Shown piece by piece: positions 54,779-55,311 of a DNA stretch of 55,311 bases. This DNA is from a virus (taxonomy: Duplodnaviria > Caudoviricetes). The stretch is from IMG/VR virus record IMGVR_UViG_3300044846_001238, positions 1-55,311 of that record. One strand, 5' to 3'. The notes under the pieces were generated by a model, which was not told the origin of the DNA, ran no database searches, and worked only from the letters and a program-made list of their open reading frames with translations. Each line of letters starts with the position of its first letter. The first letter of the stretch is position 1. Made by a program: the position numbers and the translations under genes.

Positions 54779-55311
54779 TGACCTGCCTAACCTGCCTAAA
54801 TTTACCTGCCTAGACCCTGCCCTGCCCCCCTGACCTGCCCTGCCTAAATTACCCTGCCCCCCTGACCTGCCCTAACCTGCCCGGACCTGCCTATACCCCC
54901 CCCCTGCCTAACCTGCCTAACCTGCCTAACCTGCCTAACCTGCCTAATTTGCCTAATCTCACCTGCCTAAGACCTAACCTGACCTACCTAGACCCTGCCC
55001 TGCCCTGCCTAGACCCTGCCTAGACCCCCCTGACCCCCTGACCTGACCTGACCTACCTAGACCCTGCCCTGCCCTGCCTAGACCCTGCCAAAGCCCTAAT
55101 TTAGCCTAAGCCGCATAGACCCTGCCCTACCCTAACCTAAGCCCTGACCTGACCTGCCTAGACCTGACCTGCCCTAACCTGCCCTAACCTGCCTAGACCC
55201 TGCCTAGACCCTAATTAGCCCTTATCCGTATAGCCCTGACCTGACCTGCCTAGACCTGACCTGCCTAACCCCCTGACCTAACCTGACCTGACCCCCCCCC
55301 CCTGCCTGACC
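54779..55311. repeat. Degenerate tandem repeat tract built from CCTG/CCTA units; continues past the window edge
   Basis: (CCTGCCTAA)x5 at 54903-54947. Identical 44-mers at 54977-55020 and 55046-55089; identical 34-mers at 55140-55173 and 55232-55265. Extreme C-over-G skew; no ORF called in the track. Confidence 0.95.

Noticed and set aside
957-54781. The many short plus-strand ORFs and short alternative-frame minus ORFs in the track
   Set aside because: They lie antisense to or inside long, motif-bearing minus-strand genes and show the Ser/Leu/Phe-rich composition of shadow frames.
54779-55311. CRISPR array
   Set aside because: There are no constant repeats with unique spacers, the sequence is low-complexity throughout, and no cas genes are present.
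1-55311. tRNA/rRNA genes, integrase, IS elements
   Set aside because: Intergenic gaps are short and none shows a cloverleaf. No recombinase or transposase motifs were seen.

Overview
This window is a fragment of a tailed dsDNA phage genome (siphovirus architecture, most like actinobacteriophages; host not determinable). Every credible gene lies on the minus strand. Read right to left: a C-rich/G-rich degenerate repeat tract running off the right edge; HTH protein; hypothetical; DUF1360-like membrane protein; portal; a Dps/ferritin fusion with Cys-rich and head-associated domains; two giant multi-enzyme proteins (3075 aa and 5852 aa), each followed by members of one small paralogous family; a 1539-aa prohead protease-like protein; major capsid protein plus a second capsid protein; tail tube; head-tail genes; tail assembly chaperones with a -1 slippery site; tape measure; distal tail; and a baseplate/hub protein running off the left edge. 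The standout is the roughly 27.6 kb block inside the head module. Its two giant proteins carry a DnaG primase (zinc-binding and TOPRIM domains far apart), Pif1-like and UvrD-like helicases, two DEDDh exonucleases, two ADP-ribosyltransferase-like domains, three zincin peptidases, a GNAT and a ParB domain. They share QxRD..G[RQE][FW] motifs and [LVIM]TA[AS][AG]-like motifs with head proteins, and repeat a P-x-V-D-[RKA]-K motif in linkers. This suggests a virion-packaged, proteolytically processed enzyme cargo with cognate small partner proteins. No terminase, DNA polymerase, tRNA, rRNA or CRISPR array was recognised. All family assignments come from reading motifs by eye; no database search was run.
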